A stretch of 64,000 nucleotides of DNA from Candidatus Sumerlaeaceae bacterium (GCA_051003195.1 JBPCLP010000045.1:1-64000); one strand, 5' to 3'; counted from the first letter of the stretch, positions 1 to 9,880 are shown. Translations and numbers: made by a program. The notes: generated by a model not told the origin, from the letters alone.

Positions 1-53
1 CGGAGTACAAAAAGAGGAAAACTGCTTTCGTGGGCTTCGAGGAACGTCCTTAG
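1..53 (+). CDS. Possible 3' end of an upstream CDS (…EYKKRKTAFVGFEERP*)
   Basis: Open frame from position 3 to TAG at 51-53; too short to identify. Confidence 0.25.
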   Translation, partial: EYKKRKTAFVGFEERP

Positions 54-153
54 CTCATTATCGAGTATGCCGCATTCACCATTCTGAATTCCAGATTAAA
101 AATAGATTCACCCAGCTAGTGTAGAACCCCCCGGCAGATGAGTGCCAACCGCT

Positions 154-229
<76 letters not shown>

Positions 230-329
230 CTTTCAAAGTGATTCGCCAACTAAGACTGTTATGACCTGAAGCGATTTCGGGTGTGTATTATTCCTTTGAT
301 TGGGACAAAAGGGGGGTGCAGCACGCCGC

Positions 330-1499
330 ATGAACAAAATGCGGATTCTCGCCTCTGTTATCTTTCTTTGTGCATTGCAGCAAATGGCGTACTGTGACGT
401 CGCTAATTTAAATAGCGTCCAAAGAGTTGCGGTGACGTCGGGCTCGGTCGCGCTGACGTCTGGCTCGGTTCAGGCGATGATAGATCCGGCGGACGCGAAG
501 CCATTGGATGCACTAATCCGAACAGCAATGAGGCGCGAAAGCATTGCCGGCATTTCATTCGCGTTAGTGAAGGATGGTCACATAGCCTATTTGCAGAGTT
601 ACGGCTACGCTGACACGGAAAGCTCTTTGCCGGTCACCAGCCAAACTCTTTTCAGCATTGGCTCGATTGCGAAAACCTTTACTGCCACCGCAGCCATGCA
701 GCTAGCTGAAGCGGGAAAACTCGACTTGGATGCGCCTATACAAATGTACGTTCCGTACTTCCCTGCCAAACAGTGGCCCGTTACCAGCCGACAGTTGCTA
801 GGACACCTTGGAGGCATTCGCAGTCCGGGCAAGGAAGCGTTCGAGACAAGTGCTACGGCGATTGTGCCAGGCCTTTCTATGTTCAAAGACGACGCGCTGG
901 TGCACGAACCCGGTTCTAAGTTTATGTACACCAACTATGGGTATGTACTTTTAGCCGCCGCGGTAGAAAAGGCTGTGCGCCGCCCTTTTGTAACTCAGTT
1001 GCGGGAGTCAATATTTGAACCATCCGGAATGACGCACACGGTACAAGACCATCAGGCGTCATCACCATTACTGGCAAAGGGATACGCCCTTGTCCCCAAA
1101 AAGAATTCACGCTTTTTGGACCGAAAGCAGGTAAGCTCTTATCAAAGCACTCTCGGACCCGGCGGATTTTGCTGCACGGCGGAAGATCTTGCCCGGTTTG
1201 CAATCGCGTTTCAAACTGATCGACTGGTCACGAGTACTACGAGGAACTTGATGTGGACCGAGCAGTCAACAACGAGTAACACAAAGACTGGCTATGGTCT
1301 TGGTTGGTTCGTTGCTCATGACATGAATGGGCCGTATGTCGCACATGGAGGATTTGTTCCGGGATACCTAAGTATGCTGTATATTCTCCCGGAAAAGCAG
1401 GTTGCAGTCGTGCTTCTAAGCAACGCGAGCAATGCCAAGATTGGGGAACTAGCTCGCGACCTTGCGGCTGAGGCGTCCGGCGAAATTCGAGCGTGGTAA
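330..1499 (+). CDS. Secreted serine hydrolase, beta-lactamase (class C/AmpC-like, CubicO) family
   Basis: SxxK (SIAK), YxN (YTN), HGG motif, LLGHLGGI; N-terminal signal peptide; ATG at 330 preferred over TTG at 300. Confidence 0.85.
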   Translation: MNKMRILASVIFLCALQQMAYCDVANLNSVQRVAVTSGSVALTSGSVQAMIDPADAKPLDALIRTAMRRESIAGISFALVKDGHIAYLQSYGYADTESSLPVTSQTLFSIGSIAKTFTATAAMQLAEAGKLDLDAPIQMYVPYFPAKQWPVTSRQLLGHLGGIRSPGKEAFETSATAIVPGLSMFKDDALVHEPGSKFMYTNYGYVLLAAAVEKAVRRPFVTQLRESIFEPSGMTHTVQDHQASSPLLAKGYALVPKKNSRFLDRKQVSSYQSTLGPGGFCCTAEDLARFAIAFQTDRLVTSTTRNLMWTEQSTTSNTKTGYGLGWFVAHDMNGPYVAHGGFVPGYLSMLYILPEKQVAVVLLSNASNAKIGELARDLAAEASGEIRAW

Positions 1500-1514
1500 A
1501 GTGTTGGAATTCTA

Positions 1515-1727
1515 ATGTTAAAAGGCGTTCACTTTTTAGTCGACGATTCTGGACGAAGAACAGTCGTACAGATCGACCTCAAGAAGCAGGGGCATTTGTG
1601 TGAAGATTTTCATGACGCCGCGCTTGCGCAAGAGCGTGCGACGGAACCGCGCGAATCGCTGGCCAGCGTGAAGGACCAGGTGCTGGGCAAAGCCAAAACC
1701 CGGAAAACACGTCAGCAGAACTGTTAA
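1515..1727 (+). CDS. Small antitoxin-like protein (type usually found before RelE/ParE toxins); no toxin follows
   Basis: 70 aa; pattern 'GVHFLVDDSGRRTVVQIDLKK…EDFHD…ERATEPRESL' resembles this small-protein family. Confidence 0.55.
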   Translation: MLKGVHFLVDDSGRRTVVQIDLKKQGHLCEDFHDAALAQERATEPRESLASVKDQVLGKAKTRKTRQQNC

Positions 1728-1745
1728 CTGGTCAGGAGAAAGAAA

Positions 1746-1958
1746 ATGAGCGCGCAGGACATTATTGCAGAACTGCCAAAGCTGCAGAGGGTGGAACTTG
1801 AATTGGTGGACGCGAAGATCCATGAGCTCCTTACATCATCAGAAAAGCAAAAATCCGTATGGGAGCGGCTGCAGGATATCGCGGGGAGCGCTGAAGGTTT
1901 GCCAGCAGACCTGTCTGAACAGCACGATCATTATTTGCATGGCACACCCAAACGTTGA
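1746..1958 (+). CDS. VapB-like antitoxin
   Basis: 70 aa ending in 'LPADLSEQHDHYLHG', a tail typical of antitoxins upstream of PIN toxins; AGGAG RBS upstream. Confidence 0.65.
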   Translation: MSAQDIIAELPKLQRVELELVDAKIHELLTSSEKQKSVWERLQDIAGSAEGLPADLSEQHDHYLHGTPKR

Positions 1959-2014
1959 AGCCGGTTTTCTGTGATACTAGATCCAGGACCGGACAATCTC
2001 GCCAATTCCCCTGA
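1955..2014 (+). pseudogene. Truncated vapC (PIN toxin) remnant
   Basis: TTG start overlapping the antitoxin stop (TTGA); reads MKPVFCDT (PIN N-terminal 'xxVFxDT' motif) then stops after 19 codons. Confidence 0.55.
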
Positions 2015-2089
2015 CTTTGAGACTGCCCGATGCTGGCTTCCGCTCTCGGTTGACTTGCCCCGCCGTTCTTAGGGGCGTGTTTTTTTGCA

Positions 2090-3064
2090 ATGGACGAATA
2101 TTACGACAGAGCGCCGCAGTGTGAGGCACCGGCGATCGAACGCATTCTGCGCGATGCCGGATATGACATGTCCGACGGGCTCGAATTCAGCCTGCTGAGC
2201 GGCGGCTTCCAAAACTGGAACTACGTCGTTCGAGTCGGGAACGGCGACCCGTTTGTGCTGCGCATTGTGAAGTGCCCAGAGGTGCTCGAAAAGGAGTTCA
2301 AGCTCCTTTCGAGAATGGCGGCAGCGGGAGACGGGATTCCGATGCCGCGAGGGCTTTGGTGCCGGAGCCGCGCAGGGGCCCCGCCTGTCGCCGCGATGAC
2401 CTTTATGCCGGGTGAACTGCTGTGGAAGGCACGAACGAGACTGGATAGCGGCGCGAGACGAAAGGTCTCGGCAAACCTCGGCGGCATACTCGCGCGAATT
2501 CATGCGCAGAAGTACGCTCATTTTGGCTTCTTGAATGCGGATGTTGAAGTTGCTCAACCCGTCGAATCCTACACGGATTGGACCGTTGGCCATATTCATT
2601 CCTGCATCGCCTCGGTCCGATTTCGACGCCGCCTGGATGAGGGACTGATACGTCGGCTGGAGCAGTGCATCGTTCAAAATGCCCCATTGCACGATGCCGC
2701 GTGTGAACCTTGCCTGTGCCATGGGGATTTCAATGAGAAGAACATCCTTATCGATCTCGACGCGACGGGCGGGCCGACCGTCTCAGCCGTCCTTGATTGG
2801 GAGTACGCGCTTGCCGGAGCACCGCATTTTGATATCGGCAATCTATTCCGGTTCAGCGCCGTGGACCCCTGGATCGATAGCCCGGCGTTCGAATCCGGCT
2901 ATGTCGAAGCGGGAGGGGAACTCGATGTGAATTGGTTATCGCGGGCGCTCCTCGCGGACCTGGTTGCAATGTGCCATATGTTAGACTCGGAGGAGGACAG
3001 TCCGCGAAGTCACGCTACAGCAGCGGCGCTGATTGAGAAATCCGTTGGGCGCCTTGGCGGGTAG
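2090..3064 (+). CDS. Aminoglycoside phosphotransferase / choline-kinase-like (APH) family protein
   Basis: LSGGFQNWNY N-lobe, catalytic loop HGDFNEKNIL, DWE motif. Confidence 0.85.
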   Translation: MDEYYDRAPQCEAPAIERILRDAGYDMSDGLEFSLLSGGFQNWNYVVRVGNGDPFVLRIVKCPEVLEKEFKLLSRMAAAGDGIPMPRGLWCRSRAGAPPVAAMTFMPGELLWKARTRLDSGARRKVSANLGGILARIHAQKYAHFGFLNADVEVAQPVESYTDWTVGHIHSCIASVRFRRRLDEGLIRRLEQCIVQNAPLHDAACEPCLCHGDFNEKNILIDLDATGGPTVSAVLDWEYALAGAPHFDIGNLFRFSAVDPWIDSPAFESGYVEAGGELDVNWLSRALLADLVAMCHMLDSEEDSPRSHATAAALIEKSVGRLGG

Positions 3065-3128
3065 GCTGTTCCGGTATGAATAATTAGTCCAGTCCAACTT
3101 AGTTTATAGGTAACCCAGGAGGATTGAG

Positions 3129-3371
3129 ATGACTACGATTAATATTCACGCCGCGAAGACACAGCTTTCGCAGCTTCTTGAACGTGTAAACAGTGGTGAG
3201 GAGGTTGTCATCGCAAAGGCTGGAAAACCAGTTGCTCGACTGATTCCTTACGTCACCGCAAAAGGCCTCCCGCGCAAACCTGGAGCATTAAAGGGGCAAA
3301 TAGAAATTGCTGATGATTTCGACGAGCTCCCCGAAGGGATTGCGGCCGCATTCAGGGGCGAGAGTCCATGA
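3129..3371 (+). CDS. Phd/YefM family antitoxin
   Basis: 'INIHAAKTQLSQLLERVNSGEEVVIAKAGKPVARL' signature; AGGAGG RBS. Confidence 0.93.
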   Translation: MTTINIHAAKTQLSQLLERVNSGEEVVIAKAGKPVARLIPYVTAKGLPRKPGALKGQIEIADDFDELPEGIAAAFRGESP

Positions 3372-3745
3372 AGCTGTTGCTTGATACGCATACGCTTCTG
3401 TGGTGGTTAAATGATGATCCCAAACTCGCCGGTGAAGCCCGCAAGGCAATTGCCTCGCCTAAATCAGAAATCTTTTACAGCCCCGTTTCGATCTGGGAAG
3501 TCTCGATCAAAAAGGCCGCGGGAAAACTCAAAGCTCCCGCGGATTTCCCCGATCGGGTAAAAGACGAAAATTTTACCGAGCTCCTGATTAAATCCGAACA
3601 TGCATGGCTTGCGGGATTGCTGCCACGCCACCACGATGACCCCTTTGATAGAATGCTCGTCGCGCAGTCAAAATGCGAAGGATTCACACTCGTCACGCGG
3701 GATTCATGGGCGGCCAGGTATGGCGTGGCTGTCCTGTCAGCATAA
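3368..3745 (+). CDS. vapC: VapC PIN-domain toxin
   Basis: MKLLLDTH…SIWE…HHDDPFDRMLVAQ…LVTRD; ATGA overlap with the antitoxin. Confidence 0.93.
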   Translation: MKLLLDTHTLLWWLNDDPKLAGEARKAIASPKSEIFYSPVSIWEVSIKKAAGKLKAPADFPDRVKDENFTELLIKSEHAWLAGLLPRHHDDPFDRMLVAQSKCEGFTLVTRDSWAARYGVAVLSA

Positions 3746-3795
3746 ATTGTGCTGGCAGGCGCTTGCCGCGGGGGCACGAACTACTGCTTACAATC

Positions 3796-4650
3796 CTACT
3801 CCGTGTTGAACTGTATGATGTTCGGTGTCGCGAGGATGATGAGATTCTGCTTTTGACGGTGTTTGAACCTGGATTTCAGCACTTCTCCCACGAGCGGCAG
3901 GTTGCCGAGGTAGGGCACCCGCGCGGCGAAATCATCGGCGTCTGATTCGAACAAGCCGCCTATGATGAGGCCGTCGCGATCCATGTTGAGCGTCTGGCGG
4001 GTCAGCACGGGGATCGGCGCCTGTCCGGGCAGCTTCAGAGTGCCGGTTCCAAACACCTGGTTCTCGGTCTGGCCGTTCGATGTTATGTTATCGATGACAG
4101 CTCCGAACTCGGAGATTTCAGGTTCGAGGGACAATAGAATGCGGTCGTGCAACGGACCGATTCTTGGTTTCACATCCAGCGTAAATCCCGAGGCGTCGCC
4201 CGTCCCGCCAATACGAATCGACGCCGGGGGATCATCACTGCGGCCGGTGATTTTGATCTTTGCGGGGCCCGTGCCACCGACGCTGTATAGACCGATGAGC
4301 GGTATTTGCACCAGCTGGAGCGTGGGTGTTACGGTAACGTCTGCCTGGCCAGTGATGTTGCCAAGGCGATCCTGCGACAGGTTGAGATGAAGGTCACCCA
4401 GACCCATTGAAAACCCGTAATCGCCGGTAATATTGGCCAGTCGCGCGTCCGCAAACTTCACCTGCACAATCACCTGCACGGGCGGAAAGTCCGAAGCACG
4501 TGCAGCCGAAGTGAACAACACCAGAACAAGCATTAGTGTGCCGAACCAGTAGTTCTTATCCTTGGATATCCGTGACTCTGCGCCCGTTCGGCACCCAGAT
4601 CCTGCCACCGAATTAAGCGTATACCGCACCAGCTTCGATAGAAGTTGCAT
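3796..4650 (-). CDS. Minimal secretin-like outer-membrane protein (secretin barrel domain only)
   Basis: Secretin motifs QVIVQVKF, GFTLDVKPRI…LSLEPEISE, LIIGGL…RVPYLGNLPLVGEVL…LIILATPNII directly after a signal-peptide-like stretch (…FTSAARA). Confidence 0.7.
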   Translation of the reverse strand: MQLLSKLVRYTLNSVAGSGCRTGAESRISKDKNYWFGTLMLVLVLFTSAARASDFPPVQVIVQVKFADARLANITGDYGFSMGLGDLHLNLSQDRLGNITGQADVTVTPTLQLVQIPLIGLYSVGGTGPAKIKITGRSDDPPASIRIGGTGDASGFTLDVKPRIGPLHDRILLSLEPEISEFGAVIDNITSNGQTENQVFGTGTLKLPGQAPIPVLTRQTLNMDRDGLIIGGLFESDADDFAARVPYLGNLPLVGEVLKSRFKHRQKQNLIILATPNIIQFNTE

Positions 4651-4756
4651 CGTAGTTTCCTCGTATCGCTCCTACTTTGCAGGCAAACCGGGCCGCGGCA
4701 CATGCAACTGTCAATGACTTCGCGCCAGCCCTGCGCGCGCCTTTGCAGTCGCCGGT

Positions 4757-5887
4757 CTACCCAAACGTCATTAGCGTCAGCCCGCGTCTTTGGCGTACTC
4801 TGATCGTGGTGGCAGAAGTCGGGCCATCGTAGAAGTGAATTCCCTCTGAAGGCGGAAGTTTTACCCGGCGCGCTTTGTAGAAGTTGAGCACATTCGCTAA
4901 TGTATCGGTCGTTTTGTACTCCAGCCAAGGCGCAACAATGGTCCCGGTCGTGTACACTGGGGTCTTTCCAACGTAACCGCTTTGGTAGACATTTCTGCCC
5001 GGAGCGTAACGTCCCCATCGTACCGTCGATCCTGGATAGATACACCCATCCCAGAACTTTTCGAAGACCTGCTGTTCGGGAGCACGTGCCTGGACGATCC
5101 GTGCCTTCCATGCTTCGATGTCCTCGCCAGGACCAAACGTCCATCCGGGCATGACTTGCAGCACGGAGCTATTCGCCTTAAATGGGCGCGTTTCAAAGAC
5201 CAGGCGAGAACCGTTATTACCAGGTTCGAACCTTACATTCGTCTCCCGTCCATCTACCGAGGGCACGTAGGATGTAGTAAAGGCCGACGCATCCATCGAA
5301 GTGTTCCCAGCGCCCAGGCCTTCGGGCTCAATCGACATGTAATACTCGACCACCTGTTCAAAACCATCCTCAGTGACAGCGGCAATCTGCCACGCTGGCA
5401 GCATGGAGGGTTGCGTGTTCCATCGTTCCATGCGCATACCGGGATAATAAAGTGGGCCAAGCAGCGCGGGCAGCGATTCGGCAAGCCTCGGATATTTTGA
5501 ACCGTAAGCGGATTCCCACTGAACAGTCGCCGCATCGACCTTCGCTTTATACCCGAGTTTGTCCTGTCGCGAGCGGTGAAACATCAGCAATCCGGCCGGG
5601 ATCACTACGCCGAGAAGCAATCCGTATCCGATTCTCGAAATGACTTTCGCGGCTGGTCGCGTACCCAGCCGCCGCACGGTGACAATGCCAATCAGGCCTC
5701 CAAGAATAGCGGATACGGGAATCCCGATGACAGCTAATACCAGCAAACCGAATACGTGCTCGCCGGTGTAGGAGGGTGAAAGGCTCAGTAATGCCAGCGC
5801 CCCGACGCACAGCGCAGCGGCAACGCAGGCGCCGAACACGAATCCGCCGAACATGCGTACGGCGCCGACTGGCTGAGAGTTGTTCAC
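4757..5887 (-). CDS. Hypothetical membrane protein (3 N-terminal TM segments plus a duplicated extracytoplasmic module)
   Basis: Hydrophobic segments in aa ~12-101; two 'YPG…T.D…V..(Y/F)Y' units. Confidence 0.7.
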   Translation of the reverse strand: MNNSQPVGAVRMFGGFVFGACVAAALCVGALALLSLSPSYTGEHVFGLLVLAVIGIPVSAILGGLIGIVTVRRLGTRPAAKVISRIGYGLLLGVVIPAGLLMFHRSRQDKLGYKAKVDAATVQWESAYGSKYPRLAESLPALLGPLYYPGMRMERWNTQPSMLPAWQIAAVTEDGFEQVVEYYMSIEPEGLGAGNTSMDASAFTTSYVPSVDGRETNVRFEPGNNGSRLVFETRPFKANSSVLQVMPGWTFGPGEDIEAWKARIVQARAPEQQVFEKFWDGCIYPGSTVRWGRYAPGRNVYQSGYVGKTPVYTTGTIVAPWLEYKTTDTLANVLNFYKARRVKLPPSEGIHFYDGPTSATTIRVRQRRGLTLMTFG

Positions 5888-6165
5888 ATTAGCTCTCGGC
5901 CTCGCAGACGAATTACGTCACCGCAAAGCATTTTCATTTATGGGTACTTAGTCGGCGGAAGGGAGGGGCCGTCGGGCGCGTTCCACAGTAGCGGGTCACG
6001 CGAGGATCCAGGGCTCACTGACTACTACAAGCTGATCGAGAGTATTGTCTTCTCCATGTCAGCCAGAACGGAGTGTACCACATAAACTTTATCGCGCTAT
6101 CCTGCGTGGAGACTTAGATGCGTTGCTTTGAATGATTATCCCTCTTTTGCACACTCAATAATCCC

Positions 6166-6909
6166 GTGTCCCTGATCCGTCGGCGTAAGCGCCTCCTGTT
6201 TATCCTTCTGCTTCTGCTTTGCCTGGGCGCCATTGTGATTGTTATCAACCGCCGCCTGTTCGTTCGCAGCGTTATTTCCGTTTCTCAACGGCTGCGCGGG
6301 CGTGCGACTGTCGCGGATCGGCTCGAACAATTTGGTGAAGCGGTTCACGGCCGCATGCAACCCTACTTCGATGCAGCAGGCATTCCCTACCCACCTGCCA
6401 GGCTCGTGCTTGTGGGACTAAAAACCGAGAAAGTCCTTCGTGTCTATGCGGCGGCTGAGGGCTCTGAACCAAAGCTCGTTCGCGAATATCCGATCCTGGC
6501 GGCCAGCGGCGGGCCGGGTCCGAAGTTGCGTGAAGGGGACCTGCAGGTGCCGGAGGGAATCTACGGCATCGAGTACCTGAACCCTAACAGCATGTTTCAC
6601 CTGTCGATGGCCGTCAGTTATCCAAACGATTTTGACAAAGCGCGCGCGCGGGAAGAAGACCGCCGCAATCCTGGCGGCGACATCATGATTCACGGCAGCG
6701 ACCAGAGCATCGGCTGCCTGGCCATGGGTGATGAAGCCGCCGAAGACCTGTTCGTGCTGGTTGCGGAGACCGGAGTGGACAAGGTAAAGGTCGTCCTCGC
6801 CCCCAACGATCTGCGCTTTTCCCCCCCACCAGACGTGGAGGCCCAGCGTGACTGGCTGCCTGACCTCTATGACCAGCTTCGCAGGGAACTGAACGCGCTG
6901 AGCGAGTAG
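6166..6909 (+). CDS. YkuD-family L,D-transpeptidase / YafK(DpaA)-like peptidoglycan enzyme, membrane-anchored
   Basis: PKLREGDLQVPEGIY, SYPNDFD, GGDIMIHGS…SIGCLAM (HxxS..C catalytic motif); N-terminal TM. Confidence 0.85.
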   Translation: MSLIRRRKRLLFILLLLLCLGAIVIVINRRLFVRSVISVSQRLRGRATVADRLEQFGEAVHGRMQPYFDAAGIPYPPARLVLVGLKTEKVLRVYAAAEGSEPKLVREYPILAASGGPGPKLREGDLQVPEGIYGIEYLNPNSMFHLSMAVSYPNDFDKARAREEDRRNPGGDIMIHGSDQSIGCLAMGDEAAEDLFVLVAETGVDKVKVVLAPNDLRFSPPPDVEAQRDWLPDLYDQLRRELNALSE

Positions 6910-7069
6910 GCACCCTAAAACGAGTAACTATGGACTATTCAAACGAAATCCCGAAGTGTTCACCCCATGAATTCGCGTCCACCAGCCTCCATTAGCCGGC
7001 AAGAATTCAGTTTGCGGACAGCGGTAAGCAGAAGTAAGTGATTACGACCACGAATACGATTGGATAGGA

Positions 7070-9004
7070 ATGCGCAGCGATACGATCAAAAAAGGCAACG
7101 AGCGGGCGCCGCATCGGTCACTTCTGAAGGCGACGGGTGTACGCGATGAAGACATGGGCAAACCATTCGTCGCGATAGCGAACAGCTACATCGACATCAT
7201 TCCTGGCCACGTGCACCTCAAAGAAGTGGGCGAATACGTGAAGCAGTGCGTCCGCGAGGCAGGCGGCATGCCGTTCGTCTTCAACACCATTGGTGTGGAT
7301 GACGGCATCGCGATGGGCCACACGGGGATGAAGTATTCGCTGCCCTCGCGCGAGATCATCGCTGACGCCATTGAGGCGGTCGTACGCGCGCACTGTTTCG
7401 ACGCGATGATCTGCATCCCGAACTGCGATAAGATTGTGCCCGGTATGATGATGGGTGCGATGCGCTGCAATATCCCCACGATTTTCGTGAGCGGCGGACC
7501 GATGGAAGCGGGCAAGACGACCAGCGGAAAAGTCGTGGATCTGATCAGCGTCTTCGAAGGGGTGGGCGCGCACCAGATAGGCAAGATTAACGACGACGAA
7601 CTCAAACAGATGGAAGACGCCGGCTGCCCGACGTGTGGATCGTGCAGCGGGATGTTCACGGCCAACAGCATGAATTGCCTGAACGAAGCACTGGGCCTGG
7701 CGCTGCCGGGCAACGGCAGCATTTTAGCGACGAGCGAGGAACGCCTGCGGCTGTATCGCCGTGCGGCATTCCAGATCATGGAGCTTTATCGCCGCGACAT
7801 CAAGCCGTGCGACATTGTGACAGAAGCTTCCATTGATAACGCGATGATCCTGGACATGGCGATGGGCGGATCCACGAACACGCTGCTGCATATTCTCGCG
7901 GTGGCGCACGAGGCGGGTGTTCCTTACACGATGGAGCGCATTAACGAGTTGAGCAAGCGCACGCCGAACGTGTGCAAGGTGGCCCCTTCATCCAGCTACC
8001 ACATGGAGGACATCGCACGTGCGGGTGGAATCCACACAATTCTGTGGGAGATTTTGCTAGGTAAGCCGGGGCTGCTGAAAGAGGAATGCATTACCGTGAC
8101 GGGCGAATCCGTTGCGCAGAATATCCGCAAGTACTCGATCCGCTCGGAAGAGTGCGTGGAACTGGCGAAGCAGTTTACCAAGAGCGGCAGCACGGCGACG
8201 GGTCGCACGGCGCAGGATGTCATTAAACACCTGCGCGTGGAAGCGGAAAAGAAACACGCGGCGTACCTGAACGGTGAGTTCACGACGCCCGCGGTGGATG
8301 GCGGCGCTGTGGCGCTGGCCGAAGAGGACAACCAGCAGGATAACAAGCTCGCAGAGTTCCAGGACAAGATGGACAACTTCATTCCCTACGCAGTTATCCG
8401 TACGGTGGAGAAAGCGTACTCGCAGCAGGGCGGACTCTCAATTCTGTACGGCAACCTGGCGCCCGAGGGTTCAGTCGTGAAGACCGCGGGCGTGGATCCG
8501 AAGATGCTGGTCCACGCAGGTCCGGCGGTCGTGTTCGAGTCGCAGGAAGCGGCGTGCGCGGGAATCCTGGGCGGCAAGGTAAAGGCCGGCGACGTGGTTA
8601 TTATCCGCAACGAAGGTCCGAAGGGAGGTCCGGGGATGCAGGAGATGCTTTCGCCGACCTCGTATATCAAAGGTATGAACCTGGGCGATAAGTGTGCGCT
8701 GGTGACGGATGGTCGTTTCAGCGGCGGCACGGCAGGCGCGTGTATCGGGCATGTGTCGCCGGAAGCGGCCGCGGGTGGACTGATCGGCCTGCTGCGCGAT
8801 GGCGACCTGATCGAGATCGATATCCCCAACCATAAAATTGAAGCGCGTCTTACAGGTGAAGAGATCGCAGAGCGGCATTCGAAACTGGAAGCGGCGGGTG
8901 GCTGGAAATCGACGCTGCCCGACGAACTCCGCCGCGGCTATCTCGGCAAGTATGCCGCGATGGCAACCAGCGCGGCGACTGGTGCCGTGCTGAAATGGGA
9001 CTGA
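7070..9004 (+). CDS. ilvD: Dihydroxy-acid dehydratase
   Basis: [64 protein letters not shown]. Confidence 0.97.
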   Translation: MRSDTIKKGNERAPHRSLLKATGVRDEDMGKPFVAIANSYIDIIPGHVHLKEVGEYVKQCVREAGGMPFVFNTIGVDDGIAMGHTGMKYSLPSREIIADAIEAVVRAHCFDAMICIPNCDKIVPGMMMGAMRCNIPTIFVSGGPMEAGKTTSGKVVDLISVFEGVGAHQIGKINDDELKQMEDAGCPTCGSCSGMFTANSMNCLNEALGLALPGNGSILATSEERLRLYRRAAFQIMELYRRDIKPCDIVTEASIDNAMILDMAMGGSTNTLLHILAVAHEAGVPYTMERINELSKRTPNVCKVAPSSSYHMEDIARAGGIHTILWEILLGKPGLLKEECITVTGESVAQNIRKYSIRSEECVELAKQFTKSGSTATGRTAQDVIKHLRVEAEKKHAAYLNGEFTTPAVDGGAVALAEEDNQQDNKLAEFQDKMDNFIPYAVIRTVEKAYSQQGGLSILYGNLAPEGSVVKTAGVDPKMLVHAGPAVVFESQEAACAGILGGKVKAGDVVIIRNEGPKGGPGMQEMLSPTSYIKGMNLGDKCALVTDGRFSGGTAGACIGHVSPEAAAGGLIGLLRDGDLIEIDIPNHKIEARLTGEEIAERHSKLEAAGGWKSTLPDELRRGYLGKYAAMATSAATGAVLKWD

Positions 9005-9212
9005 TGTAAAATAAAAACGCAAGGAACGCCGAGAACAAAAACACAGAGGGCACGAAGCATAGAGAACAGCTCCGCGTGCTTCCTACGCCAACAGCAACCT
9101 CTTCCGCAAAATGCTAAGTAATCGACGCACGTACATCAGCACTATTGGTAGTGTCCTGGCGGGTATCTCTGAGCCACGGAAAAGTGAAAACAACGGTATG
9201 TGACTTAGTCCG

Positions 9213-9494
9213 TCAGCGGTAGCTGTCCTTGCGTTGATCAACTGTCAGCATGTAGACGATGTTGTCCGTGTCGTCAATGTGGTAGAATAGCCGATAGCGG
9301 CCAATGCGATAGCGCCATGTGGCTGGGTTATAGCCGCGCAGCTTTTTAATGTTTAAGCCCCAGAACGGAATTTTGCGAAGTTGCGGATAGACATAGCTCA
9401 CAAGCTTGTCGCGCAGAAATTGCGCCTGCTGTCTGGGCAATTGCTCCAAGTCCTTTTGAAACTGCGCGAGCTCGAAAATGCGGTACTCAGACAA
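9213..9494 (-). CDS. relE: RelE/ParE family toxin
   Basis: 'IKKLRGYNPATWRYRIGRYRLFY…VDQRKDSYR'. Confidence 0.88.
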   Translation of the reverse strand: MSEYRIFELAQFQKDLEQLPRQQAQFLRDKLVSYVYPQLRKIPFWGLNIKKLRGYNPATWRYRIGRYRLFYHIDDTDNIVYMLTVDQRKDSYR

Positions 9495-9726
9495 ATTTGC
9501 CTTTTCGTCCCTTCAGGTCGCGATAAGCCTTATTAAGTCGGCTGTTTAGCTCCCTATTTTCCCCGATCTCCTTCATCTCGAAGTCGTCGGCGTACTGCTG
9601 CTCTTCGAGGTACCGCAATACTGAAGTCTCAATGAAGTTGGAAAGCGGTCTGTTTTCGCGGTGCGCGGCGGAGCGCAAGTGTTGATAAACCTGCTCGTCC
9701 AGCCGAAGGGTAACGGTTTTTGACAT
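9487..9726 (-). CDS. Ribbon-helix-helix (CopG-type) antitoxin
   Basis: 'MSKTVTLRLDEQVY…AAHRENRPLSNFIET'; overlaps the relE start by 8 nt. Confidence 0.85.
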   Translation of the reverse strand: MSKTVTLRLDEQVYQHLRSAAHRENRPLSNFIETSVLRYLEEQQYADDFEMKEIGENRELNSRLNKAYRDLKGRKGKFV

Positions 9727-9880
9727 TTCTGGCAACCTGTAGGCTTTTGTGTTCTGAAAGAATACAAACGAATACGTCTACTCATTCGATTTGTTGGCGG
9801 AAGAACACAACGCCGCGGACTTGACGGAACAGTACTGCGGTTGCTTCCTTGAAAAATCTGAGTTGTGAAGGAGACCACGC

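Noticed and set aside
330..3064. Calling the serine hydrolase and APH-like kinase antibiotic-resistance genes
   Set aside because: Only superfamily motifs are visible; most members are not resistance enzymes
1500..3790. Integron cassette array (small genes, many TA modules)
   Set aside because: No intI and no convincing attC-type RYYYAAC…GTTRRRY palindromes between the genes
6910..7069. BCAA attenuator leader upstream of ilvD
   Set aside because: The short ORF there (MNSRPPASIS…) is not Ile/Leu/Val-rich and no terminator is evident
7070..9004. IlvD/Edd-family sugar-acid dehydratase belonging to the sugar locus
   Set aside because: Motifs ([22 protein letters not shown]) are those of true IlvD, and a TA pair separates it from the locus
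9023..9030. GGAACGCC as attR copy of the tRNA-Glu 3' end
   Set aside because: Only 8 bp match, expected by chance
9005..9212. Structured ncRNA or repeat element after ilvD
   Set aside because: Only short imperfect complementarity (GAAGCA…TGCTTC); no recognisable family
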